NCBI GenBank assembly: GCA_012965045.1
Contig: DTSZ01000001.1
Span: forward strand, 812,024-876,023
Direction: 5' to 3'
From: Candidatus Saccharimonadota bacterium
Lineage (GTDB): Bacteria; Patescibacteriota; Saccharimonadia; Saccharimonadales; DTSZ01
Length of the DNA stretch: 64,000 bases
Positions within the stretch are counted from its first letter, which is position 1. Each line of letters starts with the position of its first letter. The notes below the pieces were generated by a model. It saw nothing but the letters and a program-made list of their open reading frames with translations, was not told the DNA's origin and searched no databases. Below, piece by piece: positions 44,359 to 53,589 of the stretch. Position numbers and translations under genes: made by a program.

Positions 44359-44914
44359 AGTTAGTGACTCCTCAAAAACCCCAAACGTAGCTAAAGTTAG
44401 TATTGCATTAGTCGTGCTTGTACTACTTGGAATTATGCTAGTGCTTTTAGGATTTCTTTTTCCTAATGCTGGTTCTGATGAATCTAAAGCTCTTGTTTCT
44501 CAAGAATCTGACGCTGCATTAGCAAGTGCTGTTATATCAGCAAACGAAGCTGCAGAGCTTGGGAGCCTGGATATCGCTTTGCAAATTATGCAAGATTATG
44601 AAGATTCTCAAACAGGCATAGATAAAGACTATGCAAGTCTCGCTAAAGCTCGGTTGCTAATAGATTATGCAGAGTACAAAGAAGCCCAGGTGGTTCTTGA
44701 AAGTCTAATATTGAATGATAATGACTTCTTGGCATATGAATCTTTAGAACTTTTAGCATACTCTTACGAACTACAAGAGAATTACGAACAGGCTCTAACC
44801 TATTACGGATACGCTCTTGAAATTACAGCCAGGCACGAAGAGAGTTTTAAGCAAGAAAAGCAATTTATCACTAATAAATTAGATGAGTTAACTTACTATA
44901 TCGAAACACGCTAG
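44351..44914 (+). CDS. single-TM protein with a TPR-like ectodomain (paralog 3 of 3)
   Basis: TM helix VSIALVVLVLLGIMLVLLGFLF and the TPR-like ENYEQALTYYGYALEI. It overlaps its upstream neighbour by 8 nt. Confidence 0.6.
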   Translation: MTKVSDSSKTPNVAKVSIALVVLVLLGIMLVLLGFLFPNAGSDESKALVSQESDAALASAVISANEAAELGSLDIALQIMQDYEDSQTGIDKDYASLAKARLLIDYAEYKEAQVVLESLILNDNDFLAYESLELLAYSYELQENYEQALTYYGYALEITARHEESFKQEKQFITNKLDELTYYIETR

Positions 44915-44936
44915 CCAACCGCATAAAGGCTGGTAT

Positions 44937-44966
44937 TTGACACAATATTAAAAAAAGTGTATTGTA
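44937..44966 (+). promoter_or_regulatory. candidate promoter for the 45034 gene, sharing an AAAAAAAGTGTAT core with the 42317 promoter
   Basis: TTGACA (44937-42), an 18-nt spacer, then TATTGT (44961-66). Confidence 0.4.
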
Positions 44967-45033
44967 GTGTCAAGCAGAGGGTATACAACAGTATATAAAT
45001 GCATGTATAATTATATGTATAAGGAGTTCTATA

Positions 45034-45684
45034 ATGCCTTCTAAAGAAATTCTAGCCTCAACACTTGCAGCGACAGCGATATTAATGCCTCATGCTGCTA
45101 TAGCTACTGCTCAAGAAAATGAATCTCCAGAATATTATAATAGGTCTGATCGAAGTCATCAGTCCGGGACTGCTTGCTTTGAACAAGGTATGGGACAAGT
45201 AGCAATAATTTCTCGAGACGCTACATACGACAGCCAAGGTAATATTATAAATCCTCGTGACACAGAGGCCACTGAGCGCCTCACAGAACACTACAAGCAA
45301 CGATTTGGTGAACATGCAGTAAGTGTTTATTATTTCGATGAAAATGGCGCGCCAGAACAGACAGGCGGAACTGAACCTGGCAGCGAAACAGGAACCACTC
45401 ATGATTATGCAAGTTTTTATCCGACACTAATGGAAATGCAAGCTGATGATGCTGAATTTGATATTACTTCCATTGCAGTCGTTGGTGGCTCAAATGCGAT
45501 TCATACTGACCTTGTCCGCATCGCAGAGCAACGCATTGACGATCCTGAAAACCCTTGCGATAACGTGCATACTCGAAGGCGATTCGCAGGAGAAACGAGA
45601 ACGACTACCTCTTTGGTGGTTGACGAACATATTGCTGGTCAGAACGACGGTACTGTAATTAACTACGATCAACGACGAGGATAA
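45034..45684 (+). CDS. secreted CWB2-like protein, paralog of the 42317 product
   Basis: Signal peptide ...AILMPHAAIATAQE. IAVVGGSNAIHTDLVRIAEQRIDDPENPCDNVHTRRRFAGETRTTT aligns with IYIVGGEMAVSAASVEEFIERVDDAEDSCDTPSVERLAGPSSDAT. Confidence 0.55.
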   Translation: MPSKEILASTLAATAILMPHAAIATAQENESPEYYNRSDRSHQSGTACFEQGMGQVAIISRDATYDSQGNIINPRDTEATERLTEHYKQRFGEHAVSVYYFDENGAPEQTGGTEPGSETGTTHDYASFYPTLMEMQADDAEFDITSIAVVGGSNAIHTDLVRIAEQRIDDPENPCDNVHTRRRFAGETRTTTSLVVDEHIAGQNDGTVINYDQRRG

Positions 45685-45689
45685 TAGTC

Positions 45690-46847
45690 ATGTCCGAGGT
45701 GCCAAAAATCCAGGCTTTAGATCAAAGTCCTGAACTGTCGCGTCGTGAATTTTTAAAAGCGGCATTATGGGGCGGAGCTGCAGTCTCAATTGGTAGTACA
45801 TTTCTTTCTAGCGAAGTAGCCAACGCTGAGCAGAGTGCTAGTCCGGAAAACCAAGAAGCCTATGTACCTGTAAATCGAATCGGGGGAGCTGATCGTTTTG
45901 AAACTGCTCAGATGATAATAAATTCTGAGTACCCTGAAAATCACACTGTTCAGCGGATCGCAGTTGTTACTGGGGGTAAGTTCGCTGACGCAATGACAGT
46001 TGCTCCACTTGGGTATGCGGTTGTGCCAGTGCTAGGGACTGTACCTGAGGCTGACAAGTCGCAATATGCCTGGCATCAGCCTTCTGATTCACTGGCGTTA
46101 GATTCAATTATGAGAATTGCGACTTTACAAGAGGAAACTGGTAAAAGACCAGAGGTGTATATTGTTGGAGGTTCGGCTGTTGTCGATCAGGCATATGAGG
46201 ATTATTTAAGTCAAAATGGGTTCTATGTAGAACGTATAGCAGGCGCTACTAGAATTGATACTGCCCATGAGGCTGCTACGCATGTTCCTGGGCAAGGTAA
46301 TCTTGTGGTTGTTGATGCTAGTAATGATAATGAATCAGAAGTGATGGTCGCTGCCTCTTTAGCAGCAAATCTTGGCTATGAAATCGAATATATTGAAAAC
46401 TCGACATTAACACAGCAACAAAAAGAAAAATTTCAACCTTGGGCTCAAAACTGGAGAGTTATAACTATTGGGGATCGAGCAGGGGATTGCTTCCATAGCC
46501 AAACGGGCATCGAGCCCCAGATGAGTTTATCGAGTTCTAGCCCGGCTGCTATGTCAGTAGAGGCTGCTCGGTATTTGCTCACCGCTGCAGGGTCGCCAGA
46601 GCGTATACGTGCCGGCATTGCAACCAGCAGGACATTTGCTGATTCGTTGGTGGCAATTCGTAAAGGCAGCATTCAGTTTTTAGCCGAACCAGGTCAGACG
46701 AATCAGCAAATTGTTGATTTTCTGCACGAGCTGCAATCAGGGCAGATTCAAGCAAATACTCGCCTAAGTTCTATAAATATATATGGCGGTCCAGCAGCCG
46801 TTTCAGCTGACCTTGAGACCCAGCTAAAAACCGTACCAGCAGCATAA
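45690..46847 (+). CDS. Tat-signal protein with three CWB2 cell-wall-binding repeats
   Basis: Twin-arginine motif SRREFLKAALWGGAAVSIG. CWB2 signatures are NRIGGADRFETAQMI...VTGGKFADAMTVAPLG, YIVGGSAVV...RIAGATRIDTAHEAA, and a third degenerate repeat. Confidence 0.8.
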   Translation: MSEVPKIQALDQSPELSRREFLKAALWGGAAVSIGSTFLSSEVANAEQSASPENQEAYVPVNRIGGADRFETAQMIINSEYPENHTVQRIAVVTGGKFADAMTVAPLGYAVVPVLGTVPEADKSQYAWHQPSDSLALDSIMRIATLQEETGKRPEVYIVGGSAVVDQAYEDYLSQNGFYVERIAGATRIDTAHEAATHVPGQGNLVVVDASNDNESEVMVAASLAANLGYEIEYIENSTLTQQQKEKFQPWAQNWRVITIGDRAGDCFHSQTGIEPQMSLSSSSPAAMSVEAARYLLTAAGSPERIRAGIATSRTFADSLVAIRKGSIQFLAEPGQTNQQIVDFLHELQSGQIQANTRLSSINIYGGPAAVSADLETQLKTVPAA

Positions 46848-46900
46848 GCTTATTTATTGACTTAACAGATAGACTGCACTACTCTTAATGCATAAGCATT

Positions 46901-49900
46901 ATGTGGTTGAAAAAAATAGATAGTAGAAAAAAAGTTCATATGGTGGGCATTGGTCTCATCAGTCTTTTCTTGACTCTTTTTTTGCACAGTAATTTATACG
47001 CACAAACAGTTGGCAGTAGGATCATACCAAATAATGAACTTACTTATAATGGCAGTCAGGTAAATACAGATCCTAATATTTTTATTGAAGCTGCAGATGC
47101 AGGAGCCGGAAGTGGCCTACATGCACCGACGGTACGACTTAAGTTGTTGTTTCCAGCTGATGACCCTAATCCAAATAAGCAAGTAGATTTGTTTGATATT
47201 GCCTGTAATCGAAACACTAATGGGGGGACAACTTCATTTGATAACGCTAACAACGGTTCGGGTGTTAGATGGGATGCAGATGGCCACTGTATCGCAACCG
47301 ATACGGTCGTTAAGTTTTTTGGCACTAACGCACAAGAGACAATTGTGGGGCAGCCGTTTTTGCAGCTTGGTTACAATAAGGCAGGCAACCCAGCTTACCC
47401 AGTAGATAGAGATTTAAAAAACCCTATTTTTAGCAATAACTGGGCAACCATTGATATAAATTTAAATGATTTACCGGCAGAAGCTGAGCCATCGAATTAT
47501 CATGGCATGCATGTAGTAGTGTTAGAAGTCACGCTTGAAGATGCTGTTGATTCAGGTTCAGGCCCTTTTTCTGTTAATGCCTTTAAAGCGCAGATTAGCT
47601 CTGGTACTAATGGTTATATATCGTATCGCTCACCTGGCGTGCGCTCTGTATGTACGTTTAATCAGCTCGGCGAAAAAGACTGTTCTGAGGCCCAGGCCTC
47701 AAGTGCTTATAATAGTGGTAGCGGTGTAGCTGGTGGCGACAATAACTCCTACTCATTTCAAGAGCGAGGTAATAACGATTTTGACCAAGATTTTTATTTT
47801 GAATTTGCTGTGCCCTGCATACAACCAAAGGACAATAACGATCAACCGCTCAACTTTTTCTTAAAGTGGTTTGATGCTGACTGGGGCGGTATTGAGACCG
47901 ACACTATTTCTTGGGAGTTGCATGAAGTTGACCGTGATGGCAATTCCGTAAGATTAATTACGTCGCAAGCAGATAGCCAACTAGGTGGTAATGCAGTTTA
48001 CGGAGAAGCTGAAATACCAGGACAACCAGACGGTACAAAGATGGTTTGGATTTGGCGAAATGTAAACCGCACTAATGGCGTTCGGCTCTGGGTGCCATTT
48101 GATTCAGTGTCATATAACAATAGCTTCCGTGAAGACTTGCACAACTGGTATGCGAACTCTAACGGCATAGATTATGACCCTGATAATTCATGTGCTGGTA
48201 TAGACCCGCAGGGGAATGACCTTAAAGTTCAAGGTATGAAAGTAATTGGTGAAAACAGTAATATTACTACACCACCAAATGGGTCAGAGGTTCAAACTGC
48301 CTCGATTGATATGCAAGGCATGACAAGCTCACCGAACCCTACTACTGCTCAACCGTACGAATTTAATGACATTAGCTATGACGAGGAGCAAGTTTTCACT
48401 CCACAAGTCCCTAGCGGGTATAGATTGCTGGGCTACACATTATGTGAAAATCCAGATGGTACGCCGAAGTTGTATGGTTTGAGCGGTCCAGGAATACCCT
48501 CGCCTGAGCAACCTTGCGATCATTCAACCCTGGATGTAACGCCTATGCCAGGTGGTACGATGACGCTCCCAACTATTGCCGAACCTCAAACTGCCAGTAC
48601 CACTTTCTACGTTGACTTATGGTTCCACTATGCTTCAAATGATAACTACATCACCTTCCATAAGGTGAATGCCGACGATTGTACGACGCTTGCATCTAGC
48701 GATCCGCCAAGCTCTGCAACAATTCGCCGCACTTCACCTTCTCGTCCAACCGAGAACTCCAGTGCTATCACGGGGACATTTATAGCTGGTTCTACTAATA
48801 ATGTTTCGATTTTAAATACAACATATGCCGGATGGACGTATGAAGGAGCGAGAGCTCAAACTACTAGTGCGTGTTCAACGAATGGTATAGCCAACGTTAA
48901 TAACCGTAACGTTTCGTTTAATGCGAATGATAATAATGTCACAAAACATGTTTTCTTTTATTTTTCTAAGGATGATGAACTCGGATTTCCTGAGCACAAA
49001 ATTTATGGAGCTAATTTAATTAGCATGCCAAATGCACTGCGCGACAACCAAACCTTTAGGGCTGATGTCGATGCGTATATTTGGCCAGATGCTACAACTA
49101 GAACTAACCAAAGTGGAGTCAGTAAGTATCTATGGGTTAGCGGTATATACGGAAATGATTCAGGGGACACCTTAAACCTCGACTCAAGCCCTAAAGCTAA
49201 TGTTAATTCTATTACCTCATTAAATCTCGAGGCTGAATTGAATTGTCCAGGTTCTTCATGTAAAAAACGCGTACCTTTGGCATATGTACCTCAATCTGAT
49301 AATTTGGGCATACCAAACACTAATGGAACAAAAGGAAAGGATCGAAGCACTACTCCTAATGGAAACCACTGGCTTACAATTAAACAAGAACAGACTAATG
49401 ATTCACGCATAGCAGTTAGCGTTGATAGTAATCAAGTTATTTCTTGTGGTACGTATGGTAAGCAAGCCTATAACCCAAATTGTGGTGGAATATTTTCTAA
49501 TAATTCTACCGCTGATATTGGTGGTCATACCGGCAATAACATAGAAAATGTTGAAATTTCTAACATTCGTGTTCGGGCGGTTGGCGTAGATTCTGATGCT
49601 AAAAACACCTTGCTACAAGGCAAGGTAGATAGCGCTGCTCTCCAACTTTGGGACAGAAACAGGTATACGGAAGCTGGCGAGCTGCCAAGCGGCAGCCAGG
49701 GTCCAGACCCAATATTACCGCGCTGGGATAACGTCAGGAATCCAAACACAGACGACACAGGTTTTAACCAAACTACTATTCCGAATAGAATCGAATTTCC
49801 TAACAGTTCGGGCAGTCCGTCCAATTTTTCTTTCGACCCGCAGAATGTGAGTGAATCGCAAGCAGATGGCCGAAAGCAACAAATCCGCGACGTAACGCTT

Positions 49901-51895
49901 CTGTCATTACTGCAAGATGGTCAAGATACCGACAGTAATCCTCCGTACACCAACCCAAGTGAACCTGTCACGTATACATCGACTGTAGACTCTCTGGATA
50001 GAGCAGAATTAGTGTGGGATGAATATATTGATTGGACTCAGGTTGACGACAAAGGCCATTGGAGCACAACAAGAGCTCAGAATATAGTGACGGGTATCGA
50101 TCGCGGCCCGAGCACAAGAGAAACTCTTTATTGGGATTCGTATACAGTGGGCACACCTGTGCCAAATCATACTCACTACAATACCTGCGATGAGTCTGGC
50201 AGCACCGATCCTGATGATGAAGATTATAATCCTGACTACCAAACGTGTTACAGCTACAACAACCACGATCACGTACGAGAGACATGCGACAACACTTCTT
50301 ATGACACAGCGCCTACCTATATAAAGAACACAAAAACATATACCCCAAGAAATTTGGAAACTCGGTATGGCTGGTTGAATACAAGTAAAACCCTCAGTTC
50401 ACTAAACGGAACAAATACTAATAGTTATTTTGGGGGGGACCCAACAACCAACCCGACGTGGGCAAATACAGGCAATACAGCGTATTGGCAGGATACAAGT
50501 ATTACTCCTATGGACAATTCAGGCTCTACAAATAAACCACCACACACACAGCGCTGGGAGTATAACACTACCGATAAAGCTTATTCAAAGCGCTATATTT
50601 ACTCAGGATCTACTACGCCAAACTTCAATAGCTCGTATACAACAAATAGTTCAGAAGTTTGTATTTATGATAACGGAAGCATAAATAACGATAATAATTC
50701 AAGGTCTTATACTTGGTATCCTTCTGCAAGTAATCTGTATGAATCGTCTGCAACTCCAAGCGGCCATGTGTACGGAGTGTATGGCTCTGGCGCTGCTGGC
50801 AACGGTGGTCTAACTGGCAACGGTGATGGTAGGGTTGATAATACTGTTGATACTGGCTGGCAGTGGGTATCTAATCCGCAACGAGTCCGGTACGAAACTA
50901 GCTATACTGACCACTACAGAAGGCTCGGAGAAAGACTAAGCGCATTAGAGGGCGGCATACCTGGAGCCGTAACTGACAACTTGTTATATGGGTTGCAGCC
51001 AAATTCTAACCTGCCAACTGCAGCATCGATTCTACCTGCTCGCGGACGTTCAACTATATTTAACGCCACAATCGGGACTGCTAATGCTGACGTATTTTCA
51101 GCCGGGAGGTTAGACAGTTACTTTAACTCGAGCACCTTTGGTTCTGCATTTATATTCACAAGTTCAAACGGCATTACAAATATCAATGGTCCAACAGGAA
51201 CTAATTGCGCGGCTTCCACTACATTTTGTAACTACATTATTAATCCCGATGAAGATGCTGCCGGGAATTATCTGAATGGCAATATAGAAGCAGTTTTCAC
51301 GAACTATGACCAGCTGGTTGATAATTCAGTAGGTACAATTAGCGGCACGGGAAGCACTAATATTCGAGATAAAATCTATCATCATACAGGAGACCTAACG
51401 CTTACTGACAAAACCGTAACAGGCGGTGCTGGATTAATAATTGTCGAGGGAGATTTGCGAATAAGGTCAACTAACGGAACTGGTAACGGACTGGTATATG
51501 GCCCAAGCGGCTCAAATAGAGAAACCCTACCATCTCTGGGTATTATTGTCCGAGGACGAGTTATTATTGAAGACAGTGTGCGCCGGGTAGACGCAAACAT
51601 ATTCACAGCAGGCTGCTTTATAATTGACAGCAGGATAGCTGATGCTAACGCTGGATGCACTAACTTCTTTGGGTCGACAGACACTACAACAAATGACATG
51701 CCCTTTAGGCTGAATGGTCTCGTAGTCGCTCGACGTTTTGCATTGCTACGACAACCCAGTGGGGCAAGGCTGAGTGCAAATTCTAATGCAGAGTTTTTCA
51801 ACTACGATGGGCGCGTAGTGGTTAATACTCCTCCTGGCTTTTCTCGGATATTTAGTGAGGCGGCTGACTGGAATGAAGCTACACCGAGGAATTAA
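46901..51895 (+). CDS. 1664-aa secreted/surface giant protein (putative adhesin) directly upstream of pilN
   Basis: Signal-like N-terminus (VGIGLISLFLTLFLHSNLYAQ), N/T/S/G/D-rich composition and closely spaced Cys pairs. The C-terminal ~250 aa has a beta-helix-like periodicity (GGAGLIIVEGDLRI...GIIVRGRVIIEDSV...LNGLVVARRF). Confidence 0.8.
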   Translation: MWLKKIDSRKKVHMVGIGLISLFLTLFLHSNLYAQTVGSRIIPNNELTYNGSQVNTDPNIFIEAADAGAGSGLHAPTVRLKLLFPADDPNPNKQVDLFDIACNRNTNGGTTSFDNANNGSGVRWDADGHCIATDTVVKFFGTNAQETIVGQPFLQLGYNKAGNPAYPVDRDLKNPIFSNNWATIDINLNDLPAEAEPSNYHGMHVVVLEVTLEDAVDSGSGPFSVNAFKAQISSGTNGYISYRSPGVRSVCTFNQLGEKDCSEAQASSAYNSGSGVAGGDNNSYSFQERGNNDFDQDFYFEFAVPCIQPKDNNDQPLNFFLKWFDADWGGIETDTISWELHEVDRDGNSVRLITSQADSQLGGNAVYGEAEIPGQPDGTKMVWIWRNVNRTNGVRLWVPFDSVSYNNSFREDLHNWYANSNGIDYDPDNSCAGIDPQGNDLKVQGMKVIGENSNITTPPNGSEVQTASIDMQGMTSSPNPTTAQPYEFNDISYDEEQVFTPQVPSGYRLLGYTLCENPDGTPKLYGLSGPGIPSPEQPCDHSTLDVTPMPGGTMTLPTIAEPQTASTTFYVDLWFHYASNDNYITFHKVNADDCTTLASSDPPSSATIRRTSPSRPTENSSAITGTFIAGSTNNVSILNTTYAGWTYEGARAQTTSACSTNGIANVNNRNVSFNANDNNVTKHVFFYFSKDDELGFPEHKIYGANLISMPNALRDNQTFRADVDAYIWPDATTRTNQSGVSKYLWVSGIYGNDSGDTLNLDSSPKANVNSITSLNLEAELNCPGSSCKKRVPLAYVPQSDNLGIPNTNGTKGKDRSTTPNGNHWLTIKQEQTNDSRIAVSVDSNQVISCGTYGKQAYNPNCGGIFSNNSTADIGGHTGNNIENVEISNIRVRAVGVDSDAKNTLLQGKVDSAALQLWDRNRYTEAGELPSGSQGPDPILPRWDNVRNPNTDDTGFNQTTIPNRIEFPNSSGSPSNFSFDPQNVSESQADGRKQQIRDVTLLSLLQDGQDTDSNPPYTNPSEPVTYTSTVDSLDRAELVWDEYIDWTQVDDKGHWSTTRAQNIVTGIDRGPSTRETLYWDSYTVGTPVPNHTHYNTCDESGSTDPDDEDYNPDYQTCYSYNNHDHVRETCDNTSYDTAPTYIKNTKTYTPRNLETRYGWLNTSKTLSSLNGTNTNSYFGGDPTTNPTWANTGNTAYWQDTSITPMDNSGSTNKPPHTQRWEYNTTDKAYSKRYIYSGSTTPNFNSSYTTNSSEVCIYDNGSINNDNNSRSYTWYPSASNLYESSATPSGHVYGVYGSGAAGNGGLTGNGDGRVDNTVDTGWQWVSNPQRVRYETSYTDHYRRLGERLSALEGGIPGAVTDNLLYGLQPNSNLPTAASILPARGRSTIFNATIGTANADVFSAGRLDSYFNSSTFGSAFIFTSSNGITNINGPTGTNCAASTTFCNYIINPDEDAAGNYLNGNIEAVFTNYDQLVDNSVGTISGTGSTNIRDKIYHHTGDLTLTDKTVTGGAGLIIVEGDLRIRSTNGTGNGLVYGPSGSNRETLPSLGIIVRGRVIIEDSVRRVDANIFTAGCFIIDSRIADANAGCTNFFGSTDTTTNDMPFRLNGLVVARRFALLRQPSGARLSANSNAEFFNYDGRVVVNTPPGFSRIFSEAADWNEATPRN

Positions 51896-51943
51896 AATTA
51901 TCATAGGAATACAGGTCGAATACTGATAACATAAGCATAAGCA

Positions 51944-52612
51944 ATGAATATCAAAATAAACTTACTTCCAGATATTATTTTACAGCAGCGACGAGAGGCG
52001 TTTGTTAAGAAGGTTATTGACTTTGTTTTTATTGGTTTTATGGGGCTACTCGTACTTGTCTGGCTGATATTGCAACTGCTAGTTGCATCCAGTAACAGTT
52101 CTGTGACCTCAATAACAGAAGAAAAGCAGCAGTTATCCGAAGAAGTAAACTCAGATGCGAATATTGCAATAAGAAATGAAGCTGCAAAAATTCAAAATGC
52201 GCTAGATTCTTTGATTGCACTGTATGAAACACAGAGCAAGCCAGCCGAGCTACTCCGAAAGCTTGCTGCAGTGGTTCCCGAAGATGTGATTATAAGTGAG
52301 CTTTCGCAAAGTGATGAAGGATTAATTAGTGTTACAGGCACGTCTACAAGTAATGAGTTTATCGCACAATTTATAGCAGGGTTATTAAATACAGAAAAAG
52401 AATTTTTAGACACTGAAGAAAATACAGAAGGATATTTTACAGGTACGGCACTTTCTCAAACTGTGCTCGGAGACGAAGGAGTGTATTCATATAATATAAC
52501 AACCGAATTTGTTCCAAGTTTCGTAGTTTTTGATGACATCACAGAAGGCGAAAACCCTACAGGTGAAGAATTGTTCGAAGATATCGAGAACGATCAGGAG
52601 GGGGCTCAGTAA
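51944..52612 (+). CDS. pilN: type IV pilus assembly protein PilN
   Basis: MNIKINLLPDIILQQRRE followed by a TM helix, the classic PilN N-terminus. Confidence 0.75.
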   Translation: MNIKINLLPDIILQQRREAFVKKVIDFVFIGFMGLLVLVWLILQLLVASSNSSVTSITEEKQQLSEEVNSDANIAIRNEAAKIQNALDSLIALYETQSKPAELLRKLAAVVPEDVIISELSQSDEGLISVTGTSTSNEFIAQFIAGLLNTEKEFLDTEENTEGYFTGTALSQTVLGDEGVYSYNITTEFVPSFVVFDDITEGENPTGEELFEDIENDQEGAQ

Positions 52613-53262
52613 TGTCAAACGTTAAAATGAGTAAAACGATCAGTAATAAAATAGGCTATTATTTATTAGCTGGATTAGCTGCGCTTTTTGCTTCATGGTA
52701 CTTACTTTACGCTAAACAATTAAGCACATTAAGCGAAAATAGTGCTGAAAAAGCATTCATGCAGCAAGAGATTACCGAACTCAATAATTTAGCAACAGCT
52801 ACACAAGAGCTAGAGGCGAACCTACAGTCAATCTCTGAAGAAGCTGACAGGGCACTGGCGCTACTTCCTGTTGGCGTAGACGAAGATCGACTACTTTCGT
52901 TAATGTCGTTTTTTGAAACACAAAGTGGAGTTATTATGACAAGCTTTACTCCTGTTGGTGTATCTAGTTTGCTCGAAGGTGATGAGGAGTCCGATGAACC
53001 TTTTTCAACATATTCCGTAAGCATAGGGATAACTGGAACCTATGAAGAACTACTATCATTTTTTGATCTACTAAGTAATAGCGCCCGATTTATTAGCGTT
53101 GATAAACTTTCAGTACTCGGAGGTGGCACTGAAGAAAACCCGCGCTTATCTGTAGATATTGCTATCGAAGCTTATTTCCAGACTGACCCAGCAAATTCAG
53201 CTACTGACGATGAGTTTTTAGGTGACGACGGCGTAGTAGATGAGGAGGTAATAGATGGCTAA
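52612..53262 (+). CDS. pilO: type IV pilus assembly protein PilO-like
   Basis: TM helix, a coiled coil, then ALALLPVGVDEDRLLSLMSFFETQSGVIMTSFTPV. It is start-stop coupled to pilN. Confidence 0.6.
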   Translation: MSNVKMSKTISNKIGYYLLAGLAALFASWYLLYAKQLSTLSENSAEKAFMQQEITELNNLATATQELEANLQSISEEADRALALLPVGVDEDRLLSLMSFFETQSGVIMTSFTPVGVSSLLEGDEESDEPFSTYSVSIGITGTYEELLSFFDLLSNSARFISVDKLSVLGGGTEENPRLSVDIAIEAYFQTDPANSATDDEFLGDDGVVDEEVIDG

Positions 53263-53587
53263 AACTACAAAACATCAAACAGCTTCTAAGCCTACGAAAG
53301 TTCCCAAAGTTGTAAAAAGTGAGTCTCCTAAGTCAAAGCCAGAGTTGTCACCTCATGTAAATAGGAAACAAATAAATGAAATTATTTTACTCGGGCTAGT
53401 GCTAATCCTTGTGGCGGTAGTGGTGTACTTAACTATGATTAAAAAGCCTGTGGAAGTCCTTCCTGAAGAATCAGTAATTCCGACGGAGTTCGAGGAGCAG
53501 AGTCTTAATGAAATCAAAAAAAGAGACAGCAACTACCCATCCGTCAACACCGAAGACTTAGGTAAGCCTAATCCTTTCAGTAATTAA
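53255..53587 (+). CDS. small single-TM pilus-operon protein (PilP-like?)
   Basis: 110 aa with a TM helix. The C-terminal GKPNPFS recalls the PilP xDPF motif, and the gene sits after pilO. Confidence 0.3.
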   Translation: MAKTTKHQTASKPTKVPKVVKSESPKSKPELSPHVNRKQINEIILLGLVLILVAVVVYLTMIKKPVEVLPEESVIPTEFEEQSLNEIKKRDSNYPSVNTEDLGKPNPFSN

Positions 53588-53589
53588 CT

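Noticed and set aside
49525-50285. Several 87-105-aa antisense ORFs inside the 1664-aa gene.
   Set aside because: They are overlapping shadow frames of a long uninterrupted plus-strand ORF.
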